Shown: in pieces, positions 19,321-34,010 of the stretch
Position numbering within the stretch: position 1 is the first letter of the stretch
Layout: each line of letters opens with the position of its first letter
DNA from: the human T2T-CHM13v2.0 reference genome, Homo sapiens
Assembly: GCF_009914755.1 (NCBI RefSeq)
Contig: NC_060931.1
Direction: 5' to 3' (one strand)
Length of the DNA stretch: 64,000 nt
The notes under the pieces: model-generated
What the model saw: the letters and a program-made list of their open reading frames with translations, nothing else
The model's database searches: none
What the model was told of the DNA's origin: nothing
Translations under genes and position numbers: made by a program

Positions 19321-21183
19321 GAGAGATATAGGTATAGTTACTGGTGTTAGAATTATCTCTGGGCCTCTGGGCCTCTGGGAAACACTTTACAACTTGGCCA
19401 ACTGTGAGCACAAGAAACATGGACAAGTTCTTTCAGGATGCAAGTTCGTCTGTGTGCTAAGGACTGATGTCTCTCAATGTGTGCAGGGGAGAACATAACA
19501 CAGTGTGGAGGAAGGAAGTGCTCCTCCTCGGTGGCCGGCCCAAGCACACCTCCTGCGGCCCAGCATCCTGTATTTGGAATCTGCTTCCACGCCATCTCCT
19601 TTGACATAATGAGCCCACAGCCTTATGAAAGCATACATGTGCTTTCTCGTTCACAAGCAGACAACTTCAGAGGGAAAGAGTGGGAGCAAAATACAGATGT
19701 GATTTTTGGCAAAAAGGTTGTCAAGTTCATTCACTACGTGGCAAAACTCTAAACAAAATCCTTCCCTAAAAATGTGTCAGGAAACACGAGGCAATCCTTA
19801 ACCCAAATAAAGAACTGTGGCAAGAGAAAAATAATAATAAACAAAGATACTTTCTCTTTGTTTAATCCTTTGTAACTTAGCAGGCATATTAAGCAATGTA
19901 TTTGACTCTCGTAATAAAAATCAAGACTATTTCAGGAAAATGGAAATAAATTTCATCAAATGAGAATGTTCTGGGCCACAGGTATGTGATTTTTAAAAAA
20001 ACTTCCTAATTTTTAACGAGTGAAACTTCACTTCCTTTTGAAGTTATGCCTTTTCAACTTTCTGAAATAAAGGAGTTTAAACTTTTAAAGGGTAACCTAC
20101 CTGGGTCATACAACCAAAACATTCTGCATTTGGTTTGGTTATCCTCAGAGAGGAATTCCTTGTTCTCCTCAGCACCATCAAAAACCACAGCAATACTTTT
20201 TCCCCTGGCTGTGGTCAAGGGGTGGCAGCTGTCCAGGTTTTAACTAGGGTTTTTATTGATTATTACCATTATGGAAAGAATTGCTAACAATGACATGAAA
20301 CGAGATTTAAACTCATAGCTATAGAACAAGATGAACTACAGGATTTATGCAATGGTACATTCAAAAAGAAAAGGAAGGAGTGAGAAAAAAATGAAAACCA
20401 ATCCCTATTACCCCTGTGCTTAGGGAGACGAGGAGATATTGGAAAACACAGCTGCTTGGTGTGATAAAGCCTGGGGACCACGTTCCTGTTCCATAAGATT
20501 GCCAAACGCAGGTGCAGCTCTCTTCCTGGATCTGAAGTATTAGTAGGTCGCTGCAGAGACCTGGGAGAGCTGGGCTTCTGTCTCCTATGTGGTCCCATGA
20601 GGGCAGTCCAGTTAGAGAGCTCTGGAGTAGAACCCATCAGGGTGGGGACCCGCTGCTGGCCCCTGATGAGTGAGTGCACCACAGCACAGAGAGATGGCTG
20701 GGGACCTCACTTCTCAGGCCACCCTGCAGGAGATGCACTAGCAAGGGCAGGCCATTCCCGGAAGGCTTGCTTAACCTTTCCTCTGGTCCCAGTGCTGCTG
20801 CTGTCTGCCACCTTCCCTTCTGTCACTCAGCCTGCGTCAATGTTGCAACCCCATAAATTGAAATAGGGAAAAGATCTAACCACGTGGAGCTTAGCTCTCT
20901 GAGGCTACAACATTGCATTCAAATGTAAACACTGTGAGAGGCACACACCTGAGTAAGACGTAGGCACTTACACTCCAAGAGCAGGTGGCTCCTCTCTGCC
21001 ATCCCATCTAGTTTGTCTGTTTCCTTCCAGCATACATCATGACTTGTAATTATTTTATTTACAAATAGATATTTTTTCCCCTCTCCTACTAGGAAATAAG
21101 CCCTACGTGGCAGGAGTCATGTCAGAAATGCTGTATTTATTGCAACATCTATAGTGCCCACACGGGGCCTGGCACACATTTAG

Positions 21184-21516
<333 letters not shown>

Positions 21517-22179
21517 TGAATATTTGTTGAATGAATGAGCTTACAATGTAGAGGCTGACTATCCTCACCATCTACCTCCATTAAATGCATTACAAGCTGA
21601 AATGGCCCAAGTTCGTTTTGTAGCTGTATTTTTTTGTAGCTGTTTGTTTTGTAGCTGTATATAGTAGAAATTTTGGTTCTCTTTATTATTTATGTTCCAC
21701 AAATCATGCGTCTCCTTTCCCTGCCCTTAAACTTCTCTCTTCCTTCTCAGTCCTGTACCTGGGGGCAATTGTTAGCTTCTGGGGTGACCATGGGCTAGTG
21801 TGGACCTCAAGGGAGCTGCTTTGAAATGACTGCATGGGTCTGGGTTGAGAGAGGAAGTGCTGATATGAAGTGAAAGCATGAAGTGTTAGGGACCCCGTGC
21901 TGCTGTACTGTTCGGGACGCCACCTGCATACTCACACCTTGCTGGCCATGGACAAGGCTCACTTGCCTTCTCCTCCTCCAGCAGGAAGGCCAACAGGCTT
22001 GTCCTGTGGTTAGCCTGGGACTCTTGGCGAGGATGTCAGCACCGTGGCTTGGCTTTGTTCCACGATGTCCTGCTCCCTCTTTGCACCCCACAACTGCTAT
22101 TTAAGCCAAAACCTTTTCTCATTATTATAATAATTTGCCTTAAAGTCACTGGCTTGTCAGTTACTTGGCTCATACCAGC

Positions 22180-22537
22180 TATATTAGTCCATTTTCATAC
22201 TGCTGATAAAGACATACCTGAGACTGGGTAATTTATAAAGATTAAGAGATTTAATGGAATCACAGTTCCATGTGGCTGAGAAAGCCTTACATCATGGTGA
22301 AAGGTGAAAGGCACGTCTTACATGGTGGCAGGCAAGAGAGAATGAGAGTCAAGTGAAAAGGGAAACCCCTTATAAAATCATCAGATCTCATGAGACTTAT
22401 TCACTACCATGAGAACAATATGGAAACCGCCCCCATGATTCAATTATCTCCCACTGGGTCCCTCCCATAACACATGGGAATTATGGGAGCTACAATTCAA
22501 GATGAGATTTGGGTGGGGACACAGCCAAGTCATATCA
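22180..22537 (-). mobile_element. THE1 MaLR solo LTR
   Basis: tatattagtccattttcatactgctgataaagacatacc...catatca with 5-bp TSD CCAGC. Confidence 0.9.
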
Positions 22538-23507
22538 CCAGCAAATCCCTACCAGCCTTTGAATCATCCAGCAGGCAGAAAGAAAAATCTACAAGGATGT
22601 GAGAGACTCTATTCTGTCTGGGTAGATAGGGATAAAAAGGATTCCACAGAGAGAAACACGAGAGTTGGTTATTTACAGGACCTAACCATTCCTAGATGGA
22701 AGGCAAAGGTTTTTGTTATTTAATCTATTTTTCTTTCCTTCAAGAGTTTAAAGAAAAGGAAATCCTGGGTCCTTAATGGTATTTGCTTGTTATCTCATGG
22801 GTATCATTTTTTGGGTCATTTTTAATATTTAGACATATTTTCCTGTCTGTAGGTGATGCTCCTAATTTCTCATCAGACATCCATCAGCTAGGGCACTGTG
22901 TCAAGTGTTGCATAAAAAAACTGTGCCTAAATCTGGTGGCTTAAAGTCACCTCTTTGTATTTGTTCATGGTCTGCAGTTTGGACTGAGCTCAGCTGCTGG
23001 TTCTCCTTCTGGTCACTCATGCTGCTGCAGTTATCTGGGGATTGACTGAGGCTAGATGGTTCAGGACGGCCCCACTTACATGTCCGGTGGTTAGCTGGGG
23101 CTGTTGGCTGGGACACCTCAGTTCTTCATGTGGCCTCTTCTGCAGTGTGACTCCAGACTTCGTTCCATGCTAAGATCCAGGAAGGCAAGCTCTAATGAGG
23201 AAGCACTTGTCAAGCTTCTCCCGGCTTCATGTTTGGTGGGCCAAGCAAGTCACACAGCCAAGATCAAGAGTGAATATACAAAGGGATTATGTAAGGACAC
23301 AGATACCCATAGGCATGATTCACTGGGGACCATTATTGTAACAGTCTACTTCAGGCATAAAGAGTGGTGTGTTATTAATGGGTTTGGCCTTTCATTTGCT
23401 TCAACTAACTCATTACATTCTTTCATGATTTTGCTAACCCCTCTGTAACGAGGTGCTGGCCAATCCTTGGGAGTATTTCTCAACCTATGCCTTCTAAACA
23501 TCTATAT

Positions 23508-23725
23508 CTTGGGGTTGGCAAACTTTTTCTGTGAAGGGCCAGATAATAAATATTGTGGGCTTCATGAACTACATCTGTTGCAGCTGCTCACCTTTGCTGT
23601 TGAAGTGTTGGAAGCAGTCATAGGTAATATGTAAGTGAATGAGCATGGCTGCGTTCCAATAAAACTTTATTTACAAAAACAGGCAATGGGCCAGATTCGG
23701 CCTGGGGACCATGGTTTGTCAATTC
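23508..23725. mobile_element. MER58-like hAT MITE
   Basis: ggggttggcaaactttttctgtgaagggccagata...ccaataaaactttatttacaaaaacaggc. Confidence 0.8.
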
Positions 23726-24476
23726 TTGATTATATCACAATTTTCTAGACTGTCAAAAAAATTGTTTATTACACTAAAGTATTGTTACTTCTCAAACTTG
23801 AAAATTAAATGTTGTCTTTGTAGAACCTGATTTCATCCAGATCAATGCGTAAGATTTGTAATTGTTTAAAATCATAAGTCCATATAATATTTTCCAAGCA
23901 TCTTTTAAAGAGTCTTAGAAAAAGCTGTATTCATAGAATAAAATGTAATTAGTTGATTCAGTGAGAGTTGGAGAGGCAATATAAGTGTAGAAAGCACAAA
24001 CTTTATATCCAGACTGCCTGGCTTTACCACTAACTAGTTGTGTGACCATAAGCAAGTCACTTAACCTCTCATTTTAGTTTGATCATCTAAAAATAGGGAT
24101 GGCAATATTCCCACCTCATAGGATTATTAGGAAGATCAAATGAGTCAGTTCACATAAAATATTTAGAATGGTCCCCAGATAATAGTAAATGTTCAGTTAA
24201 AATGGTGAAACTAACATCAAAATGTCATAAAACCCTAACTCCCTTAAGTGATAATTTTAAATAAGAATGTTATATTACAGAGTTTCTAGGTTCATAGTGT
24301 TGTGGTCTAATCTCATGAACTATTAACTGAAAAATTACCATAAATTAGTTTTGATCTGAAGACTTTCAAGCCTAATGAAATTTGACTAGCAAATCACAGA
24401 GTAGCAGTGACGTAATTAGATTTGGTAGCTTGCCACGGGGGATGTGTATAAACATACAGAACATTATTAGATACTA

Positions 24477-24846
<370 letters not shown>

Positions 24847-25893
24847 TATAGCTTATTTAAAAAAAGTCTATCTAGTAGTATTCTCAAAACCAACATCTGG
24901 TGGCTAGGAATTGTCTATGTATTATTTTCCTTTGTGTGACAAGATGCTGTTGCTACGAGTGTTGCCAGACACGTGATCCACTGTTCTATCAAAACAGTGG
25001 AAATAAGACCATCCTTGCTGCTTCAGCTGCTGAATCATAGAAGTTGCTGGAGTGGCCAGACAATGCTTTGTTTTGCTTTGTCATGTATAGCTGTGCCTGA
25101 GTATGTGTCATGATGTCTCACAGTGACCTGCATTTGACCCACGCTCAGCATTTCCTCAGTGAATTGTTGTGACTCTGTGATATTTGTCTTCACATCATTG
25201 ATTTCAGTTTGCAATCAATATCAGTAGTACTTATGAGGCTCCATGGTCAATATTTGGGTACATGGACACAGGTAGCCTCATGGCTCTTCTAATAGTCTTT
25301 TCTAGGGCAGGATTTACTGAATCAAAGCTGTTTTCACATTTTACTGTATAATGGTTTTACGTCATCATTCAGAACAAACACAGTGAAATGTCTATTGAGG
25401 GCCAGGTGCTATTAAAGCTGTTGTTAAATTCTCTCTTCTCAATCAGCAATCATATTTTAAGGAAGTAAAAGCCTTGGAGAAAAATATCCCATGGCTGATG
25501 TGTGATGATCTGGCTGGTATCTGGGTAAGATCGTTGACCTGACACAGGACCTAGTTAGTTGGATAGGATGAGTGGCCACCCATAAAGAAAAACGGAGGGC
25601 AAAAGCCACTCCACTGTGCAGAGAAATTGGGACACTCCACTCCAGGGAACCTGGCCACCCCAAGGCTGCTGTTTCCAAGCCAGCAGCACACCCACTGCAG
25701 TGGGGAATCCATCTTCACAGCACACTGTGACAGCAAACGGGGCATTGGGCTGAGAAAGCAGCCTTTGACTTCCTCCCAGAGTGGCTCTGCCTGCCAGTCC
25801 TGCACCCCACAATGACCTGCATATAAAAAGCATGAGACTGCAGTTCATGTCATAGGTCCCAAGAATTCTTTACATGTCTCTCCCAGCCCTCCA

Positions 25894-26177
<284 letters not shown>

Positions 26178-26538
26178 TTCCACCTTCCACTTTACTTTGG
26201 AATTCAAGGAAAGGTAAGGTAAGGGTAAGGCTTGAGTCTCAGGAATCCAGCTTTGGGGACATAAGGCGGAAAAACCTCCTAAGAATAACTAAGGGTCATT
26301 TTCACCAGTATTACACCTTTGGAACCATTGTTACATTTCACCCTGACTTCTTTTGGCCAGAATATACCTTTGAAACTCATTTTTAAAGATTTTCCTGGAC
26401 ATCTGGAGCTTCAAAACTTGGCCAGTTTTGCTACATTTCACATGTTAAAGGCTTCCATTTACTTTCTCTTTAGGAAGTCATGCCTGATGGCATCTATTTA
26501 TAGGCTATTTGACTGTTTCTTGCTCTTATGGTCTTATT

Positions 26539-26722
26539 CAATGGTCCTCAAACTTCAGCACGCATCAGAATCACCTAGAGGGCTTGTTACAACATAGACT
26601 GTTGGGTCCAGCCCGAGTTTGATTCAGTAGGTCTTGGCTAGCGTCCAAAAGCTTGCATTTTTATCAAGCTTCCAGGTTATGGCAATGCTGTTGGTGTAGA
26701 GACCACATTTTGAGAATCACTG
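26539..26722. mobile_element. MER5A-like hAT MITE
   Basis: caatggtcctcaaacttcagcacgcatcagaatcacct...gaccacattttgagaatcactg. Confidence 0.8.
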
Positions 26723-26962
26723 ATGCTACAGAAAGAGAAAAAAAAAAATCTTATGGTGGTCTGGTATACTGTGCTGCATGAAAAGTCCTATGACAGCTAT
26801 TCTCTAATGGCAAACTAATTTCCCTCTAAGCTCCTTCTTTCCACCAGGTGTGTGCCTTCCATCCACATATGCTGGTCTGTTCTTCAATCATTATATAAGG
26901 GGACTCTATTCCCTTTAAAATGTATTTAACCAGATTTAAACTTTCTTTACAGACCCCAATTC

Positions 26963-27260
26963 TTTTTTTCAGAGTGGGTCTCGCTTTGTCGCCTAGACTG
27001 GAGTGCAGTGGCACAAACACAGCTCACTCACTGTAGCCTCAAACCTCTCAGTCTCAAGCAATCCTCCCACCTCAGCCTCCCAAGTAGCTGGGTCTACAGG
27101 CACTTGCCACCATACCCAGCTAATTGTTTTTTAATTTTTTGTAGAGACTCAGTCTCCCTCTGTTGCCCAGGTTGGTCTCGAACTCCTGGGCTCAAGTGAT
27201 CTTCCTTGCCTCAGCCTCCCAAAGTGCTGGGATTACAGGCGTGAGCCACTGCGCCGGTCC
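26963..27260 (-). mobile_element. AluJ-like SINE
   Basis: Reverse Alu consensus. Confidence 0.88.
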
Positions 27261-27794
27261 TAGATTCCAATTCTTAAAATGAGAACTTAAAAAAATTTCT
27301 GTAATCACTTCCACCTAAAGCCGTACATGGTCCCCATTTATACTTCAGTCAACAATGTGAAAGTTCTAAAATACAGCTTTTGCTGTAACTTAGTATCTGC
27401 ACATATATATTTTTTTTCTATCACTAAAAGTAAACTGCAATAGTCTTCTGGTGCTAACAAGATTACAACACAATCAAACTGATTTTGTATTTAATTTTGT
27501 TCAGTTTTAAGGTTCAAAGTGATCACTCATCCTGAAAATTACACTCTAAAAAAGTGCTCGTAGTTGAGTTTGGGAAATGCAGATCTCCAAGAAATGTGGA
27601 GCAACTTAGATGAGCAATGAAAGGATCAGAGGTTTAACCACGACTCCATTTTCTTCAAGCCCCCTGAAGATCCTGACGATCTGGGATGTGCTGGCTACAC
27701 CCTGCTCCCCGTCAACCAGGAGCGTTACTGAAGTTACAGTAAAACAATGTCAGGAGACTGACACAAAAGCAAATCCTTTCAAAGACTGGTAAGG

Positions 27795-27824
27795 TTTATT
27801 TCAATTAAATCTTTATGTTTTATT
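27795..27824 (-). terminator. Distal tandem polyadenylation signals (AATAAA x2) of MTPN
   Basis: tttatt on + strand at 27795-27800 and 27819-27824, downstream GU-rich element on minus strand. Confidence 0.8.
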
Positions 27825-27987
27825 TTCCCTCCACTCATTTTTTTCTAGAAGTGGGATAAGATTAACTAAATGTTTGAGTCAATCAAGCTTCTGGTATAGT
27901 TGTAGAGATGACTACAAAAGGAAGGTGATAATAACTGAGAAAAATGCTGCTGACACATTAGCTGTAGCACAATTCAAGTTTATTCCA

Positions 27988-27994
27988 TTTGTTC
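27988..27994 (-). promoter_or_regulatory. miR-375 seed site (GAACAAA in GUGUUGCAAGAACAAAUGGA)
   Basis: Complement of the miR-375 5' end UUUGUUC; MTPN is an established miR-375 target. Confidence 0.75.
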
Positions 27995-28476
27995 TTGCAA
28001 CACAAAACTTAAAACACAGTATTATTTAGCATTCGGATGTACATGAACTAGGATACTTATGAGAAACCCAACTGCGTCAAAAGTATGACATTGTGGAAAA
28101 AATGAACTCAAATATATCAAAATGCACAAAGCACTAGTCTTCCTCCATTACCGCTTAGAAAGATATGATTGTTTCTCCATTTACAAAATAGAATCAGGAC
28201 AATTTAAATTTTTTATATTTTGCATGCAAAACACTGCAATTGCTTATTTATGTAGGAGGGCACTCTCACCAGCTTCTTCTATACACAATTGAGTATACAA
28301 TATTGCATGGAAGAAAACAGCAGCTCAACTGAAATATTAGAAAAAAAAATCAAACAGATACATACAGATTTAAAATCCAGTACTTGGGAAAAGATATCAA
28401 TGAATAAAAGGCCTACTTGTTTGCAGCTTCCACACACTGCACCTACCTACTACCTCTCTTCCATGCTTAACTGGGT

Positions 28477-28659
<183 letters not shown>

Positions 28660-29712
28660 CTACAGAACATGCAAAATTTTTTCTGAGATGTTAAGTATTA
28701 CTTCAGTGGAGAACAAAACTTACTTAACCTTTCGCTAATGCATGTAGTACCAGAAAGCAAACATGGTTTTAGCTTCCTTTACTCAAAATATGAACATTAA
28801 GTGTTGTGAATTTGTCTGCCAAGTGGTTCAGAAATACATTATAAATAACCTAGTTAAAAAAAGAAACTGTGAACCATCTTGGTCAGTCTATTCTATTCTA
28901 TGTTTATATGTTATTTTCTCAAGCAATCGCTTCATAATTATAGGGTTTACAAAAAGGTCGAGAAAGAAAAGCGAAGGCGAAATAGCCTCTACTGCATTAC
29001 AAGCAACATCAGGATAAACTGTACAAAGAATCACATGGTTTCCATACCATGAATGTAGAAAGCAGACCAGGTTTAGGAATGATAGGACAATGCACTCTCT
29101 GCAATAGCCAACTACAACAAAACACTTTGAAAGTAAAGGTGAAAATTATATAAAGGGAAAAATTCAAGCCTTTAAATAGCATTATGTCAAGAGGTGAAAA
29201 CAAAGGTATCAAAACACCCTGTTGCACTACGTTGATAGTTATAGACTGATAGAGTGCCCTCCATTTTCAATGAGGATGTCTCCATATTTTAGTTCAGTGA
29301 TGTAATAAAGTACTGATTACTGATTTTTAACCCAACTCTTAATAGGCTGCATTAAGACAGCAAAATTAGCCAAATACAACAAAGTATTTAAACCACTACT
29401 TTGTGATTGTTTTCTTGGATGTAGGAAAATTACAGGGTTAGGCTAGTTGTAAGTGAAAAAGCCACAGGATTAAAAAAAGGACTCATGGGGAAAAATACAC
29501 ACACACACCCACACACACCTATACACCCACACACCCACATGCCAACCAACCAACCAACCAGCAACTGATCAGTAAAACTTGTTATTAACCAGGGTGACTG
29601 TTCTTGATAATAGATTAACCCTGCTGTAGAATGCTATGTTGCCTTTAAAAACCAATTCAATTATTATCCACAATCTGAGTATCAGTCCCTAACCCACCCT
29701 CCCCTAAAAATT

Positions 29713-29719
29713 TGAGGTA
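29713..29719 (-). promoter_or_regulatory. let-7 7mer-A1 seed site (TACCTCA)
   Basis: + strand tgaggta; MTPN is a reported let-7 target. Confidence 0.5.
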
Positions 29720-30661
29720 CATTCAATTATTGCATGACTTGGTCTTAATATTTTTAGCAAGCTTATATGGATGGCAAGTCAAAGGAATCTTAATATTTTA
29801 AATGTAAGATATAAAATTTAAGCTTATATATTTTAATTAGCTGTACTGCTCATGAAATAAATATTTGGAAATATGTGTAAATATTTTCTGCAGGTCATAA
29901 GAACACCATTTTAGGGCACTGTATTCCAAGAACAGAGAATACATTTTGAAGTTGTCACACTTTATGTAATGCATGATTTATAAAAGCAACAAAAATATAT
30001 TATGCAGGTGGGTTGGCATATGTTCAGCAGAAGCCTATCAACAACTCTGGGAAACCTGGTTACAAGTGTATTTTTGAAGGGATGGGGCTAAATTTGTCCA
30101 AACAGTAAATCTCACCCCAGTGATAGCTTTGGTGCAGTAAGTAATCAGCCTCCAAGATGGGTCTGAGAGAGGCATTTCAAAGAATGTTCCTTAATTCTCA
30201 ACACATAACCAAGGTCAATCCATTCAAACAGCAAATAAAGAAAATCCATAGGTACTAAGATAACTGTTCTCTCTTCATATGATACTAACAGGCTTATGGC
30301 TATGATTCTATTTTTAAATCCCCTTTTACTACCAGCAGGAGTTTGAAAGTGTTTCAATGCTATATAAATGTATGAATCTAGAGGAGAAAAAAATATGCAT
30401 ACTGGAATGGTTTCTCCTTTAGACTTCCAAAACTTAAGATTTTATAAATAAAACTAGTCAGTTTTATCTAAAGAGACATGAAATCCATGTGAAAGGGGAG
30501 AGAAAATCCAAAGTTCAGTCATCCAGCAATTTAGGAGTGTGCCCCTCCTCACCTTAACTAAGCTTTCACATAAAGCTTAAAGTCACCGAGGAAAGATTTG
30601 GTCACCAACCTTATAGGCAGCGCTCTTAACTATGCCAGGAAATCCCCAGTAGAGTGCATTC

Positions 30662-30669
30662 TTAAGGCA
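30662..30669 (-). promoter_or_regulatory. miR-124 seed site (TGCCTTAA)
   Basis: + strand ttaaggca; MTPN is a reported miR-124 target. Confidence 0.5.
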
Positions 30670-31128
30670 GAAGGCTAGAGCTAATTGCTTATCTCAGCAC
30701 CCTAAGTTTACATCACAGCAGCCACTACTGCTCAGACAGTTAGGGCTACCAAATATGTAGAGTTGGCCTTTGTAGAATCAGACCTTCAACACAATCTAAT
30801 AAATTAGCTAGGGAGCTGAAAAGGTCAAATGTTACTGGTGTATTTTGTCTTTGCTCTCCCTTGGGTATAAGGTGTATATTTTATTAGAAAGGGAAGAGGC
30901 TTACTTGATCAGGAATCCCAGTAAAAGCCTGATCATGGTTCCTTTTGCCCCTCCTCCAAAACAATTTTTTTTTTCTGGTAGTCGGATTTGTTATGAATTT
31001 CTCTCTCCCCTCACCCCTCTTAAAGTATTTAGCTGAAGAAGCTGGCAGATAGAGAGTGACAGACAGACAGGCAGCAGTGTGAGGCCACAGGAGAGTCATT
31101 CTTCCGGAGTTATCAGTCCATCCATCCA

Positions 31129-31215
31129 TCACTGGAGAAGAGCTTTGATTGCCTGGTTGTCAGTGGCTTCAAAGGCGGTCAGTCCATCTGGGCCTTTCAC
31201 AGTCTTATCAGCACC
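31129..31215 (-). CDS. MTPN: Myotrophin last coding exon 4 ([28 protein letters not shown])
   Basis: Polypyrimidine acceptor tttcctctcttttccag|GGT; TGA stop at 31129-31131; exons 2-4 give 94 aa, consistent with the 118-aa protein lacking 24 aa from exon 1 (outside window). Confidence 0.97.
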   Translation of the reverse strand, partial: GADKTVKGPDGLTAFEATDNQAIKALLQ

Positions 31216-34010
31216 CTGGAAAAGAGAGGAAAGGGCTCATTAAATGAGCCCACAACTGGGGGAAGGGAATGTAAGACTAGCTCACATGGCACAGGTTAAT
31301 GTTTACATCAAGAATTAAAAATTCCTTTACTAGTGGAGTCTATTCTACTGCAGAAAAACAAACAAGTTGGCAACATTATGGATTAATTATAAAAATGCCA
31401 CATTATTTTTCAGGCACTAAGAATTGTAACCCAGGCAATCACTGGCTTTTATTTATACTATCATGGATGAGATGATTAGGAAGAGCACGTTGAGCAAGTT
31501 AGATATATTTATCTAATTAGGCTTTAAAAATAATATCCCTATGTGCAGTATGAAACGGGGAAAAAGTAAATCACTTTGCTAAAGTATTCCTGTGACAAAT
31601 TATTTTTTTCTTATTTGAAACACTTTTTGTAGAGTGCATTCAGTATTATATACATCAAGAACAAATACTGTATTCGTCATTTTACTTGTAAAAACTTCGC
31701 AGTAAATGCCTGAGATGCGGACTATAAGAAGGTTCCCTGCGATATTGTAGGGAAATATTCAGTGCAGACACCAGACTGCTCTGAACGCTTAACTTGGAGA
31801 GTGCTGCCTTGGAACATTTTATCTGCAACGCGGCATTCTGGTTTTGAGAGTGTGTATGTGCCCTTTTGTGCCTGTATGTTGTTTCATCTGTCTACCCTTT
31901 CTGGATGAAAGCTCCATGGGAGCAGTAATTCACCACTGTACTCCAGCACTTGGAAAAGTGCCTAGGTGCATGGTAGGTTAATCTGCTCCCAAACCAGGTC
32001 TGATTCTTAACTCCCAGAGACAACATCCTACCATCTGAGGGTTCTGTTTACCAGCTCTAGCTCCAGCCAGTATTTATTCACCACACATTCTCTAGAGTCC
32101 TGACCCACTCCCCTTGCCAAATCTCACACATTCTTCTGCTTGTTCCTGACACCTACAGAATTGTTTAAACTTGGCACATATGGTCCTTTAGAGGCTAACG
32201 CTGGTCAGCTTTACCAGTCTCTTCTCCAGTTAACCGCTCCATGCTCTAATCCTACAGAATTTCTCACCAGTTCCTGCTGTGTTTCATGCCTTTATCCATG
32301 CGGGCTCTAGATGGGATGCCTTATCCTCTTCTCTGGCAAATCCACCCATTCACTCAACAAATATTTACTGAATGTTTAATATGCGCATACTGTGTAAAGG
32401 ACTGGAGAATCAAAGAAAAATAAGACAAGAGTCTGCCAGTCTGGCTGGTATGAGAGTCAGACAACTCAGCCAACACAACACTATGGGAAGAGAACAGTAA
32501 CAGGGATGAGTGGCCCATAATCAGAACAGGATGTGGCAGGAGGGCGTTTTAAGGGAGAAAGTCTTCCGGGATGAGGTAAAATGCCTGAGCTGAGTCTTGA
32601 CAAGGAAGTACAGGCTGATTAGGTAAACCAGGGAGGAGATGACATTTTAGGAAGTGTTAAATGATCACAAAGTCCTCCTCAGTATTATTATAAAAGTCTC
32701 TATTTCCTCATTTTCTAAATGAATTTAACTGCTTCATGGAAGACATGGAATTCAGGGTCAAGTGGGAGAGACGTCAGTGCGTGAGAACTTCAGTGCTGTG
32801 AGTCCCGCCACAATGGTTAAGGGATAACTGTATTCAAAAAAGTTATTTCTTATTCATTTTGATGGCTACTTTTATGACTAGCATTATCAACTATAATTCT
32901 GCATTAACAGTTACATATTATAGTGAACTTCTGTTGCTTTTTAGCTCTCAGAGTTTATTTCCCTCCATTTGATGGCAGCACCCTAATTTCATCTTGGGGA
33001 ATCATTTGTCCCCTCTTGCTTTTTAAAATTTTAATTCTTAATTATTATGGGTACATAACAGTTATATATATAGATGGGGTATGTGATGTTTTGATACAGG
33101 CATACAATATGTAATGATCAAATCAGGGCCCTTATCATTTCTTTGTGTTAGAACATTCTAATTCTGCTCTTTTACTTATTTTAAATTACACAGTAAATTG
33201 TTAACAAATGTGAACAGTAAGTTGTTCACAACAGTTAACAATTTACTGTAGCCCTGTTGTGCTACCAAATACTAGATCATATTCATTGTAACTGTATTTC
33301 TGTTCCCCTTAACCATTCCCAGGGTCCTCTATAGTCCTGGGATTATAAAACCGAGATGCTTATTTTCCTCACCAAATTTCAAAGATTTGAAAGCGGAATA
33401 CTCTCTCCTAGATTTTGAATCCTGATTGAAGAGATCAAAAGAGAATATAAGAAGTTAGAACTCATTTCTGGGGCACCACCTCGATGAAAAAGCTGACAAG
33501 TTCCTGCTACCCAGAGCCCTGCAGTTGCCACAGCTCAATCTCTTCTCAACCTGGTGCCCAGCTTTTCCTGTTGATTCTGCAACTAGGCCAGTCATCTTTT
33601 CAAAAATTCCTTTTCTGCTTGTTGACTATCTCTGCTATTTGCAACCAGAAGTATTTAGATAAAATATTTTTAAAATGTATATGTCACCTTTTTCCTAATT
33701 ATGATGCAAACTTATCGCAGAAAACTCGTAATTCTATACATTAGATACAACTAATGTTAACATCTTAGTGTTTCCTTCTACTCTTCTATTCTAAATATAT
33801 ATACATATATACTTCTTTAAAAATAGTTGAGTAATTAGAAGTAGAGTGACTATATTTATATCAGACAAAAGAAGCCTTAAGATAAAAAAAATTACTAGAG
33901 ACAAAGAGGGACATTTCATAATGATAAAAGGTTCACAATTCAAACATGTAATTTAAAAATTTCATTTGTAATACCATCAAAAGGGATACAATACTGAAGA
34001 ATAAATTTAG

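Noticed and set aside
31096-31131. Stop-codon readthrough extension of MTPN (UGA then WMDGLITPEE*)
   Set aside because: Context UGA-UGG is not the UGA-CUAG readthrough motif and the 10-aa extension has no recognisable targeting signal
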